From Bugula neritina (lineage: Eukaryota; Animalia; Bryozoa), in NCBI GenBank assembly GCA_964035545.1, contig OZ037773.1, positions 5,423,751-5,487,750 of the forward strand: 64,000 nucleotides of DNA. The letters are read 5' to 3'. Shown one piece after another: positions 17,585-31,775 of this stretch; the first letter of the stretch is position 1; each line of letters opens with the position of its first letter. The translations under genes and the position numbers were made by a program. The notes under the pieces are model-generated. The model was given only the letters and a program-made list of their open reading frames with translations, did no database searches and was not told the DNA's origin.

Positions 17585-20500
17585 TTAAATATATATAATA
17601 CATTTTGTATATAGTATATAGCATATGTATTATAAATGAAATATATAATTTATATTTAATAAATGTTATAAGTAGACAGCATTATAATAGAAAGTTAAAT
17701 AAATTGATGATACAGAATTTTATAGATCTTACTATTATTTTTAATAGCTTTTTATTTCAAGGTTATTTTCTCACCTATCTCCCCTTTGTCCTGTTCTGGT
17801 AGTGGGTTTTATTTCAATATTATATATTTTGTAAATTATGCAAAATATATTTTTTATTTTAAATTGTAAAACATGGTTTAGTTTTATTAACTATAAATAT
17901 ATAGATGAGATGTATTGGACACCTCTTAAACTCCTAAACATACCTATGTTAACTGTGTGGACAACAGGCCTGGTGGACAGACTGGTGTGAATTGCTAAGA
18001 GTAACTACTAGTACAGATTTAATTTAGTAAGATTTCTTTTGTAAGTATAATATAATATATGAGTTATAAGCTGCACAGTGACTATGCATTTTAGAATCCA
18101 TTATAATAACGTTATTATGGTCCCAAGCTGCTGGCATTGATTTATTACCTTCCTTGAGGCAGAACGTGGAAGCATGTCACGTGAAGCATATAACAGCTGC
18201 ATGATGGAAGATTTCCTAATAAGGGATATTGGAAGAATAGAACAATGCAGACGGTACTTGAATCCAAATAACCACGCGGCTAGTGCGTGATTGTAGTAAG
18301 GGCTGTAAGGCCGAGTACGCCTAGCATTGCAACAAGGTTACTATACTACTACAATGCTACTTTGATAATAGCGTTGTGTTCAAATCGTTTGAACCGCAAT
18401 GGGGTGAATATTGAGTGTAAATATTTTAGTAACGTGGCATTAAAGCTAGTTCTTGCACTGAAAGAAATAATTAACACAGGCAGATAGCAATGCCTGCATT
18501 ATATGGAAGAACTCTGCAATCCTCTCAGTATGTCTGTAAGGATGTTAACTGGAATAGCTAAGTTGTAACTCCAAGCAGGATATTTTAACATAATTTCAGC
18601 GTTTGAAGAAGAAAACACTGCACCACGGCAGTTGGAGAATTATTCAAGACCAAAGCATGTGAATTTATAATTTCAAAAAAACTTGGTAGTTTAATATCAT
18701 ATTAAGAAAAACAATTTAAGCTATATGTATAGACCTTTTGCAGCTAAAATATTATTTTAAAGTGGAAACTTTAGCAAAAACCTTAAAATAATAAACTAAT
18801 ATGATAAGATTATACTTTATCGAGACATTCACATATAAGAGATGTCTCACATCTTTGTATATAGAGCACAACTCTCTAGCTTAGAACTGCTAGCATTGCC
18901 TTTAGTAGGTACAGGGTTATTAGCTGTGTGTATTATAGAGTAGTGCCTTTAGGAGTTATCTACTTTATGTCACTTGCAGTTATATAAGTTATAGTTATAT
19001 AAGGATTTTTGAAAATAAATGGATGTGGCTTGAATCTATTAATGTAGCTGTATCACTCTAACCATCGCTCTACTTCACAAGATAATTTGCATAGCAGAGA
19101 TGTTTTGTGGGTATGTAATGCCATGCAGCATGCCATCTCTTTGGTTTAAAACACTACCCATGGCATATAAATAAATTTTTGACACTGCGTCATGCAAATT
19201 TAGACTGTAATACAACTATTTACACACTTATGATTCCTCCAATACACATTTTACAGAGTTAATCAGATGATTGTCTAGCTACATCTTGCAGAGTGTATTC
19301 TTTGAAATTTACTGGAAATAATTCCTTATCGTACAGACTGCCATCGGCGTACAAGTCACGTGACACTAAAATACCATAATATATGACACTCATGGACACC
19401 TGTCACCCATGTCATTGGTTTACCATGTCCTGGCAATGACCTGTAGCCTACTGTATATTTCACTGCTTCAACATAACAGAGTTTTCAAAAGTGTAGGACA
19501 ATGACAGCGCATTTCTACTACATTGTCTACATTTATTGGCAAACACCTAGTGGAATGTATGCGCTACATGTGTAAGAAGTTGCAAGAAGGGAAACCTTGA
19601 AGATAAAGACGCAGTATTTTGTTCAAAGTGAAAGACAATGCTGAACCAGTTATAGAGCTTGGAACAACTTAACTTGCAAATTTGATTTCATAATTTTCAA
19701 AGCAAATTAGACAGTAATTATGTAGCCCTCTGGCATTTAAGTAGTTATTAAATAATCAATAAACCATTATTTGTAATCACATATGTAATTGCTTAACTTT
19801 ATTTTCTACTCTTCTAGATAGTTCATGTTAATACTAAATTATCTAATCATTTAATTCAGCTGTACAACATTAATACATGAATGTAACTGACATAAGGTTT
19901 CGTCTGATAATTCAACATTCAGTACTAGCTAAATTATAATAATTTCCTATACGTCAATGATATGCTGTTATTAAACTTATTTCTCACAGTTTGACAAATT
20001 ATTGGTTTAGCATCACACTAATTTAGGAAGGATAACTCCACTTTATAGGTTTCGTATAATGATTATTGTCAATTTGAATATGTCTGCAACTAGTTACTAG
20101 AGAATATATTATTATTATATTACTACGCAGGCATCCGTTAGTGTTATTGAATAGTTATAACCCGACCTATAATGATTACCCAGTATCCCAATTCACTAAC
20201 TATTGTTAGACTTCATACATTGGAACAGCTGATGGTGGAAAGCTAAGGGCATATTTTTAGCTCATTAAATGATATTACATTATGCCCACCATAGAAATAA
20301 TATTTTAGATAAACACAAAGTACAAATTTGTTAGCTCTTAAAAATATATTTAAATAGTATAGACTATAGTATATTCGAACAATGTATTAGACTCTAGAGA
20401 GAGCGGGAAATTTACGTACTTTAATAAAGAGAGGACAACCCTGCATTTCATAACAAATTCTGAAATCAAATTTAATACAACGGAACTAAAGTAAGCGGCC

Positions 20501-21218
20501 TGTGTAATTAAAAAACTGTTGGTTGTAGTTTAATTGACAACTTTGATATATACGGACAGTATATATACTCATAGTATAATTTTATACTACTAGTATATAT
20601 TATTAGGAATCATAATTATTATATTAGGGACAGTTTTTACACTGCATACAAACTTTAGTATGAATGGCAATGCAGTTGGATGCATTCTACTTTGCAGCAG
20701 TTGCTTTCCTACATCGCCTGAGCTAACGCAGATGCACCAAGTGTATTTAATTGTACACCATGCCTCTAGCTAGTCGGCATTCAAACCAATGGTTGCATTG
20801 TGAAGAATGTAATTATATCAACAGGTGGGCCATTATTTTATCAACGTTAAGTAGAGGCTTCATGTTGATGGAACAATAATTTGTGTCAAAAATGGCCTCT
20901 GTTAGCCAAGCATACATTCTAACATGACTAACAGCTGAAAAACCTTTGCCCATGGCGCCCTGTATAACTAATACTAATAGCCAGACACTAAATTGTCAGT
21001 GTGAAATAAATATCTTGGGGTAAATTTGTTACCAAGTCAATGCGGACAGCATAAGGACAGAACAGAAGCTTTTGATTAGCTGTAATAACTAGTACCTCAA
21101 TTTTAGGTATTAAAAACTGGGACATATCAATATGAATCATAATGGAGTGCATTACTAGAAACCTAAGACAATTGTGATGAATATACTTGAACATTGAACT
21201 CTTGATACAGTATTTAGT

Positions 21219-21234
21219 GGCCCTGAAAAGGGCC
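21219..21234 (-). terminator. Histone H3 mRNA 3' stem-loop
   Basis: GGCCCTTTTCAGGGCC on the minus strand ~30 nt after the stop; purine-rich HDE CAAGAGTTCA at 21204-21195. Confidence 0.95.
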
Positions 21235-21263
21235 GTTGGGGTTTGGTTTACACTTATGGAAAT

Positions 21264-22253
<990 letters not shown>

Positions 22254-22279
22254 ACTCAAGACCCTTCAACAACCCCAAC

Positions 22280-22295
22280 GGCCCTTTTCAGGGCC
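22280..22295 (+). terminator. Histone H4 mRNA 3' stem-loop
   Basis: GGCCCTTTTCAGGGCC followed by ACCA; HDE CAAAGTGTTCA at 22308-22318. Confidence 0.95.
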
Positions 22296-23157
22296 ACCAA
22301 TTTTTACCAAAGTGTTCATATGTTCTTACCTTACGTAGCTTTCCTTGCTACATTGTTGAAATAAAATTAATATTCGAATAAACACCATGTATAATGCCAT
22401 ATTCTAGACTGGAGTCGAGAAGTTCTGGTGTGCCAGCATAATTATTAATGGCTTAGAGCTGATGATCCTTTAAATCACTGCAAATGTCTTTAAAAGCAAA
22501 CTCAAGTTCTATGTAGTCGTACCACTCCCATTCTGTAATACTAATAACTATTGAGAAATTATAATGTAATAATCTTAGAATGCATAACATCATTCTCGTG
22601 GCGATTTAGAGCAACAGCTACTGCATTGAATAATATAAAATTTTACATTTTCATGGTCACCAAGGAGCTCCAAACCAGTCACCAGCACTGATACGAGTGC
22701 AAACTGAACTAGTAATTACTAGTACTATGAACAGCGATTGCTGTTAGGTTAAGACTGATGTGAAGTGATGGTGAATGGATTGCGAGTCCAGTTACATGTT
22801 GTTATCACTAGCTGAATACTAAACCCTCAGAGATTAGTACTAGCAGTCAACAGCGACGGATAATTTTGAATTATTGGGTACCGGCAACCTCAACAACTTC
22901 GTTGTGTTGAGTGATAATCTCGTGCACAATTACTCTTACAAATCTGTAAATTATCATGTGTAGTTACTCATTGGGACATGTATCTTTATTTTCCTGCCAG
23001 CCAAGCACATAACCCTTGTAACTACTGTACAGTAGGCATTTATGATCACTAAAGAACTACAAAAATTACAAAGCTGTGTAAATTCCCAAAGTATGCATAT
23101 TTATTATGAATATGAAAAACAATATTTGTGAACACCGCCTCTTTTCAAAGAAATGGT

Positions 23158-23173
23158 GGCCCTGAAAAGGGCC
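23158..23173 (-). terminator. Histone H2A mRNA 3' stem-loop
   Basis: GGCCCTTTTCAGGGCC-ACCA on the minus strand; downstream AAAAGAGG. Confidence 0.95.
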
Positions 23174-23202
23174 GTTGGGTTTAATTAGGGTTTTGTACAC
23201 AT

Positions 23203-23580
23203 TTAGGCAGCAGCTTTCTTGGTCTTGCTGGGCAGCAGCACGGCTTGTATATTTGGCAACACACCACCTTGGGCAATAGTGACACCTCCTAAGAGTCGGT
23301 TCAACTCCTCATCATTTCTGATGGCTAGTTGCAGGTGACGGGGGATAATTCTGGTTTTCTTGTTATCTCTGGCAGCATTTCCTGCCAACTCCAAAACTTC
23401 AGCAGCCAAGTACTCCATCACAGCTGCAAGGTAGACTGGGGCACCGGCACCAACTCTCTCGGCATAGTTGCCTTTGCGAAGTAGACGGTGGATTCTTCCC
23501 ACTGGGAATTGCAGTCCAGCCCTGGAAGACCTGGTCTTGCTCTTACCCTTTGCCTTGCCTCCTTTTCCTCGTCCAGACAT
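23203..23580 (-). CDS. H2A: Histone H2A (canonical)
   Basis: 125-aa [11 protein letters not shown]...[12 protein letters not shown]...; no C-terminal SQ(E/D)Y, so not H2A.X. Confidence 0.99.
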   Translation of the reverse strand: MSGRGKGGKAKGKSKTRSSRAGLQFPVGRIHRLLRKGNYAERVGAGAPVYLAAVMEYLAAEVLELAGNAARDNKKTRIIPRHLQLAIRNDEELNRLLGGVTIAQGGVLPNIQAVLLPSKTKKAAA

Positions 23581-23882
23581 TTTGAGTACTAAGAGTAGTT
23601 ATTAGTAAATACAGCTTGAGTAATGGCATACGAGGAATTGTTTAGTATTTATAGGTATAAGGGGTAGTTATAAACTATCCAATCATAAAAGAAGACTTAA
23701 ACGGACGTCTTAGTAGAGCTCATTCAAACACATTTAATATCGACTTACTAGAGCGTTCAAACCGGTAATTAACTATTGGCCAATGAAATGTGTGAAACTA
23801 TCTAATTTGCATATAATTTGATATATAAACTCACGCAACCGCGGTGGTCTGCATTCAGTTTTGACAACACAATAAACTCGAC
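23581..23882. promoter_or_regulatory. Bidirectional H2A/H2B promoter
   Basis: 302-bp head-to-head spacer with TATA boxes (23646-23653 minus, ~23822 plus), CCAAT boxes, octamer-like ATTTGCAT at ~23805, and the shared 16-mer at 23699-23714. Confidence 0.75.
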
Positions 23883-24251
23883 ATGCCTCCCAAAGTAAGC
23901 TCGAAAGGTGCTAAGAAAGCAGGCAAGGCAAAGGCAGCCCGTACCGGCGATAAGAAAAAGAAGAGGAAAAGGAAAGAAAGCTATGGAATCTACATCTATA
24001 AAGTATTGAAGCAGGTGCACCCCGACACTGGTGTCTCAAGCAAAGCTATGAGCATCATGAATAGCTTTGTCAATGATGTGTTCGAAAGAATTGCTGGTGA
24101 AGCATCAAGACTTGCTCACTACAATAAAAGATCCACCATTACCAGCCGGGAAGTGCAGACCGCAGTGAGGTTAATCCTTCCAGGAGAATTGGCCAAGCAC
24201 GCTGTATCTGAAGGTACAAAGGCAGTCACTAAATACACCAGCTCCAAGTAG
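23883..24251 (+). CDS. H2B: Histone H2B
   Basis: 122-aa ORF ...[21 protein letters not shown]...AVTKYTSSK. Confidence 0.99.
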   Translation: MPPKVSSKGAKKAGKAKAARTGDKKKKRKRKESYGIYIYKVLKQVHPDTGVSSKAMSIMNSFVNDVFERIAGEASRLAHYNKRSTITSREVQTAVRLILPGELAKHAVSEGTKAVTKYTSSK

Positions 24252-24276
24252 ACGTCTTCCAGTTTCATACCCCAAC

Positions 24277-24292
24277 GGCCCTTTTCAGGGCC
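24277..24292 (+). terminator. Histone H2B mRNA 3' stem-loop
   Basis: GGCCCTTTTCAGGGCC-ACCA; HDE CAAAGAGTTCA at 24306-24316. Confidence 0.95.
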
Positions 24293-27200
24293 ACCAAACC
24301 CAATTCAAAGAGTTCATATGATCTCGATGCAGTCTAATCAAATTTGTTTATACGGCTTGCTTCATAGTTCATTGTCATATATATAAATTAAAATTCTTTA
24401 CTTGTAAAATGCGTTGATTTCTAGAGTATTCTTATATTGCGTATATATTTTCAAATACACCATTTGCTAAATCATAACAGTGATAAGGGTTTGAATTCAA
24501 AATATGAAACATCAACTCTGTAAATTTAGGTGGTTGGTTGCCTAGTTATTAAATTGAGCTGTGCAATGCAAACATTCACTTCAAGTACTACCCATTCAAA
24601 ACCTAAATTGGTTTGTTGGCTTCAACGTAAATACTCAACTTTAACGAGTTGATTGCATCTTTGTCTCAATAAAAATGTATCAATAGCAAGTGGCTACGCG
24701 ACTGCACAATTCCAAAATGTAAAGAATGTTGGTGCCACTGAACTGGAAAAAAACCACAATTATTATGCCATCTCGCTAAGGAAAATTCAACTACCCAGGT
24801 TCTTGAGAATGCTCGATAAATTATGGTTTGAGTCATAGAGGAAACATTGCTGCACCCATCTTTAAATCTAGTATGCAGGAATCGTTCTACAAGCAGCTCG
24901 AATCATTCTATAGACTATAAATAGCTGCAAGTCGGGGGTTACAGAGTGCAGTAGTTTGGGATTCTTAAGTTTACAGTTAGGGGTGTAAATTGAAACTCCA
25001 AATTCGAGAAAACAAAACTGAACTCAATTGCCTCCAACTTGGAGCTGCTTATTGAACAATTCGGACTGCAATGACGATTTGGTTGTTCCGCAGTAGTACC
25101 AATAGTAGTATTATTTCAGTTCGACAGTCCACGTGAGTAACAGCCACTAATTCTCAGTCTGAAAATCAAGTATTTCAATTTGCAGTAAGATCATGAGTTA
25201 GACAAAAACCCTTATATTTATAGTTTATATAAATATAATCAAATATGATATAATTCAGCTTTTAGTTTTAGTCCAAGTTCAGATTTATCTATCAGTATCA
25301 CAATCACCGAATCAGTGAATCACTCAATCAGGGAAAATGAATTAGAATGAATATTATTATGATTATTTATGAATATCAATACTATACAGTATACTGTTAT
25401 TGTAATTTTTAAACTTAAGTCTTGATGTTATTCAGTCATATAATGATGGAGTTGAATTAATGTTATTATAAAATTAAATATAATGTAAATGAATATAAAT
25501 TATAATAATAATGTATTATTAACATTAATATTAATACTTATAGTTGTACTATAACTATATTTCACTATTTGTCATTTTTATTTTAAACATACTTCATAGA
25601 GATAGTTCATAGTTATAGTATTACTATTAGTATTAGTATTAGTATTCATAGTTCATAGTATTAGTATTTCTATTAAGCCCATTATTATTATTATTTAATA
25701 AATTTAATATTTCAAATAATGATATTAAATTTAGTAAATATTAATAGCAATGCTTTGAAGTGTGATTAATATTGTTATTATAATTCTTATAATCATTGAT
25801 CATATTGATAATGCAAATAATGATGTTATAATTATTTGTATTATCAATATAATCAATGATTATAATGATTATGATTATCATAATGATTGAAGTGTATAGT
25901 AAAGAGTTATCTGTTCTTGAATTATAGATAAATAACAATAAAATAGAAAACGCACTATTCTATTCAATAGATCTTATAGTTTTGGCATACTGTTATTTTG
26001 TTGTATTTTAATTAGTCTTTAGCCCACTGCACTGGTAGAATTTTTTTGTTATGAATTAAAGTTATAGGGAATATTTTTATTTCTGCTCTCTTTGCAGTCT
26101 GAACTCAAAAATAGTCTTCACCAGTTCTCTGTAAGATGGGGATGGTTGCACCCACTGAACTGAAACTATAGTTATAATTATAGTTCAATGGTTGCACAAG
26201 CAAACATATTGCCATATAAGAGTTATGGTCCCATGTATTTTTGAGGTGACGACCTCAAACTCAGGCCTTCTAAACTACTTTTCCTTAGAGGTGTTTGATA
26301 GAAGGAAAGTAAATAACCCCCCCCCTTCCGAATTATATTCATGGTAATCCCGCTATGACAGAATAGCTGGCTAATTATGTCTCCATGTAACACCACCTCA
26401 TAAACTCTGTTTTAGGCACATTTATTTTCATGAAATGTTATACAATAGTTGGATATGTCAAGCTAGTAACTTCAATTAATTTGAAAATTAACTTTTACTT
26501 AGCATCTAACCACAAATTTTACATGTTAGCTTCAAAGTATATACTTTTTATTAAATGCCTAATTTTTTTATTAAAAGAACAGATTCATTGGCTATTATCA
26601 AATTTCATGTAACAACTGAAATGCCCTGCTTAGTTTGTTAGTCTGAAGATTTAATCATTTGTACAATCAGTGTGAATGTTTTGATTAATGCACATAACTT
26701 TGTCAATATTTCAAAATGATAAGCTGTTTTTAAGTTGAAAATATTACTGAATAAGTTGCCACTCTTTGGGAGTATCTAGATGCATGAAGTAGGGGAATGC
26801 TAATGTTTTGAAACTTGCTAAATAGTTGGTAATAGAGAATTGGAAAGCTTTTATGAGATGTAAGACTTTTGAAATATTGCCAACATACCAATGTTGTAGG
26901 TTCGGTCCCTGATGTGCCAACCTATCCCCTACCCGCCCCCCACCCTTCACCCCAAACCCCCCATGATAACAGATATGGTGTATAAGGAAACCTGACTGGA
27001 GTTGCTAAAGGTAACGTAAAACATTGAAAACTACACTTTTATTGTAGTTGTATATTTCTCAATAGATATTATAAAGCTGCCACTTTTTCTAAGGTCATTC
27101 CTTGATGGTTAAAATTTTTCATAGCTCAGCCATCTTAATCTCACAGTATTTTAAATAATTAAATAGATAATTAAATTAAATATTGTGAAATAATGATTAT

Positions 27201-27652
27201 ATTATTTAACCTGGCGTTTAGAATTATATGCAACAATAATTTAAACTTGTTAAAAATAAATTCCTTAGCGGGTGTTGACTTTTAAATTCATGCAACTATT
27301 AGTTTTACAATGAAATTAAATTATTCAAATTGAAAATTCTTGTAAAATTACTTTTTATATTTACTAACAGCATGATATTGATAGTAGCTATTGTAATGAA
27401 ATTTATTCTAAACTTTTTACTTGTGATGGGAAGCCATATTGCCAAAAATAGCACTGATGGTAATCTTTGTTAGTATTATGTTAGTAGTAATAAAATAACT
27501 CAAATTCTTGAGATGACTCGCACATTTTTTTCAATTCCAAAAAAATCATTACGCTAAAATTCATTTATATTCCATTGTAGGTGATAATTTAACTGGGTAG
27601 GTCAGCATGTTACTGTTATAGTGAGTGAATCGGCAGAAATCCTGACTCACAA

Positions 27653-30600
27653 ATGGCCGACAATACTCAGTTAGACGCAACAGGTCGTGACCCTCTGGTA
27701 TTTTATCTTTTTGATGTCGATGGAACTTTGACTGAAGTTAGAAAGGTTAGTTAAGCTAAAGTTGTTTTTTCAACCTATAGCTGATGTCATTAAGTATTTT
27801 ATAGTATAAATATCCTTTAATAGAGGCAAAATATAGAATTCTAATTCTATTCCTCTTAACTTTTGTTTTCATTTATTATTTACTGTAGAAATTTTAGAGT
27901 TTGAATTTCAATGTTTCAAAATTTGTTGCTTCTTAAAACCAGTTCTAGTGAAAATAGAGAACAAATAGTAACTTAGATAACCGTTCATCTATTCTAATAG
28001 AAGTTTGGTCTATGCACTGCACCATTTGCTATATTGACTAGCAAATAATTATGCCTTATTTGAACTAGTAAGCAGTTATAAGTTTATGGGAATCAAAGTT
28101 CTTTGCATGCCATATGCCGTTACATTTTCCTGTACGTTTTTAATACTTCTTTAAAATATATTTTTAGCATTTGTTAGATGCAGGATGTTTTGAAAACATT
28201 TTTATTTAATTTTCCAGCTTGGGACAAGCTGGAAATTAAATAAAAATATTTATATAAAAATATCTATATAAACATATATAAAAGTCAGCTTGCTTTGCTT
28301 TGCTCTATCAGGTTTTCAACTCCCAGTATTGTATACTCACAATCAGTAAGAGTACAGATTACTATGCTATCATAATGTCTGGGTGTCTGTTCTATTCGTA
28401 GACCATTTCGAGAGAAATGATGGAGTTCATGCAAGAAATCAGGAAGAAGGTTTATTGCGGAATAGTTTCTGGCTCCGACCTTGAGAATGTCAATCAACAA
28501 CTCAGGGGTCAAGGTAAAAGTTTCTTTGTTAGTTTCCGCAACCGTTGAACATTAGGTAGGCATAGCATTGTTCAGTTTTAGTGATTAGTTGTTGTATTTA
28601 CAATGTCATTAAGGGGGTTGCTTTGCCTTGGTAGTTGGTAAACTTTGAGTTCTTGTTTGAACCAGTGAAAAACCTGTATGAATCATATAAAGTCAAAGGT
28701 CAATGCATGCCTAGCAAGTGCAAATAACATGATAGTAAGTTAGCTTTTGCTACTGGGTTGAGTGTGTTTTGGTGCCGCTGTGCTGCGGAACACATGTTGT
28801 TTGATGTACCGTAATTCTATTGGGTAAGACCATGTAACATATTTGATAATGTTAAATCACCATTCTCATGAAGATGATCAATAGTCGGAAGAAAAAGTTG
28901 CTTTTGGTGTGCTATATATGTAGTGCTGCAACAATTAAATGGACATGTTTTACTGGTTAGTTGAAAATGGCCGCGGAAGTAGAAAATGGCTCAATTGCTT
29001 TACTTTCCCCTTTGAAAATTCAATCAAACTCTACGTCTAATATTTCCTCTTTTAGTCTCACTAATTTCGTTAAGATCTCCTGAGAAGCTTTTGTAGTCTC
29101 ATCTGCCATACTTGTATTATTATTTCGCTTGTAATCAAAAGTTTTGGAGTGCTGCAGTAAAACTACAATTTAAAACATACCAAGAGCTGTTTCTGTTTAG
29201 GTATTTTATAAATTTTCAAACTGAGATTGAGTAACATCTACATCTTTTGGACTATTTCGTTTTTCAGTGATAATTTTCAACTGTAACTCCTTCATGTTGA
29301 AACTTATACACATCCAGTCCCACATGGTGCTATTTCAACTACACAGCCATGTTGCAGTTAGTTTTGTCGACTGTCAGTGTATATGTTTTACCATTTGATA
29401 TGAATTTTATGTTGCAGCGGTTGAAAAGTTTGATTATGTCTTCACTGAGAACGGGCTAACTTACCACAGAAACGGCAAACTTACTCTTAAAACTGTAAGA
29501 TTTCATAACCTACAGATACTACAACTTATCAGGAATATAGTTTTTAAGAACCATTTTTCATTTTATTTGAAAGAATATTGAGAAAAAACGAGGTGTTTTT
29601 ATTGTTTATACGGTTAGTTGTCTCCCTCAATCAGGAAGTGAATCATTTTTTGACAACTATATTATTTTCTTGTCGTTAAATTCCAGAACATCTGCAATTA
29701 TCTCGGGGAAGAGAAGCTGCAGGAAGTACTGGATTTCTGTCTCAAGTATTTGTCGGAACTCAAACTGCCCATCAAAAGGTGAAGGGAGAAAACTCTAAAT
29801 CTAGTGCATTTTGTATATTTTAAAAAAATTGATTGTGAAACTAATAATTAGAGTAAAAAGTTCTGACCTTATTTCAAATGGTTTCAGCTCATTGTATTCA
29901 ATTATGAAAACAAATTTAAACTAGGCATAACTTAAGTTTACAAATGGTCGTATTGCACTTATAACAGTACATTGTGTTGCATTTGAAAATTAGATTAAAT
30001 TTTATGCTTTAGAGGTCAGTTTATTGAGTTGAGAAGTGGTCTGATAAACGTCTGTCCTATGGGAAGGAATTGCACAAATGATGAGCGAGAAATCTTCATA
30101 AACTACGACAAGGTATCATTTAAACTTACCCATTAGTCATGTTCCACAATACATAATACATTGTTTTTTATGCAATTTATTGCTACAAAATATTTTGTGT
30201 ACATTTTACTACCTACTCACTTAATTATTAATGATGTAATAATATGGAAAACACATGATGTAATATCATGGAGAATACTTTATGTAAAACTATGGGAATT
30301 ACGTAATTGTAAAAACATGGTAAACACGCGATGTAATAACACGGAAAACAATCTAAAATAAAAAAATTTCAGGAACATCATGTGAGAGAGAACTTCATAG
30401 CAGAGCTTAGCCAAAAATTCAATGACGCAGGTCTGGTGTACAGTCGGGGAGGCCAAATAAGTTTTGATATCTATCCCCGTGGCTGGAACAAGCGCTATTG
30501 TCTAGATCATATTGATGCTGATGGATTTGAAGACATCCACTTCTTTGGAGATCGCTGTGAGCCTGTAGGTGTCATTTAGCTATTCTGCCGTGTTCCATAA

Positions 30601-31170
30601 TTGAAAAAAAAATATGACATAATTGAGGCCTATTTATGGCATGTTGAAGTGAATTATTAGTTTTTAGTTCATCACTAATAAAAGCACTACAAGCATAAAT
30701 GCACATTGTCATTGTGTTTGGGGATTGTCATTATGATAGCTGGTAGTTCGTGTAAATATTAAATATCTGATAGTAGCGAGTCTAATTCAACACGTTCTTC
30801 CTAAGCTAATGCAAGGATCTACCTGTAGTTGATTCTTCTAACTTGATCTGTGCTGCACTGATATAAAACTAGTAGATGTAATTAGTAATGTTTTATTGTA
30901 AATATTATATTGATGTAATCAAAAAAATATAAATGGTTGTGAGACTATTGGCTAGTTCAAAATTGTATCTTTCAAGTATAATTTTCTATTCAAATTACTA
31001 TTTGATGCCAACAAGTTTCCTAGTCATAGTAATGATTAGTAAGCCTGTTCTTTTGTTAGGGAGGTACAGACTATGATATATACAAAGACCCACGAGTCAC
31101 CGGCCATAAAATAACTGGTCCAGATGACTTGAAGAAAAAGATTCAAGAGATAATCCTAAAGGAGACGTAG
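27653..31170 (+). CDS. PMM2: Eukaryotic phosphomannomutase (HAD superfamily, PMM1/2-like), divergent
   Basis: GT-AG exons 27653-27745, 28402-28513, 29418-29494, 29687-29778, 30013-30112, 30373-30564 and 31060-31170 join in frame. Motifs [44 protein letters not shown]. Confidence 0.93.
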
Positions 31171-31775
31171 TGTTGTGTGTCGTATGCTCATGTTGTAAAC
31201 TTTATTCTAGTGTGAAGTATTGCCCTGCTACTTTCATAGTGTTGTTTATTGTAAGTTATAACAGTAAAATAAAACTCAAACTGATTACACACGGTGTTCA
31301 GAAAAATAAGATTGTACATACTTGCTTTTCTTAAGGCTAGTTAGTCTTTGCTTCCTTCTATTCTACTGGGCGGTAACTCGAGCCCCCTTAACTAAAACAG
31401 AGAACACGTGCATATTTATGGGTTGGCACACTTTTACGCGGCACAAATAGTGATTGTGTGCCATTGTAACATCGCAGTATGTTTCTGAAAATCACCGCAT
31501 CCCCATAGCATTTAATGTATCTGTACGATATGTGTTTGGTTTAAATTAACTGATGGTTGTGTTCTCAAACATAAAATAAAAAATTTGTAATGTAGTAGTA
31601 GTTAAAAACACCTTTAAGCAGCCAACAGTTTTGATCACTTTTAACCAGATAATGACACCATTTCAACATTCAAACCAATTACATCAAAATACATGTTCAA
31701 AGGATGCAAGTTGACTCAGAAATATCTAATATCCATGCAATACATAAACTGCTAATTTTGACATTAGCTTGATTG

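Noticed and set aside
17361-17802. YIYIYI-type ORFs (also 33315-33783 and poly-Leu 63764-63973)
   Set aside because: Translations of microsatellites or low-complexity DNA.
22320-23120. Histone H1, U7 snRNA or 5S gene in the H4-H2A spacer
   Set aside because: No Lys/Ala-rich ORF, no Sm site with hairpin and no 5S motifs found by eye.
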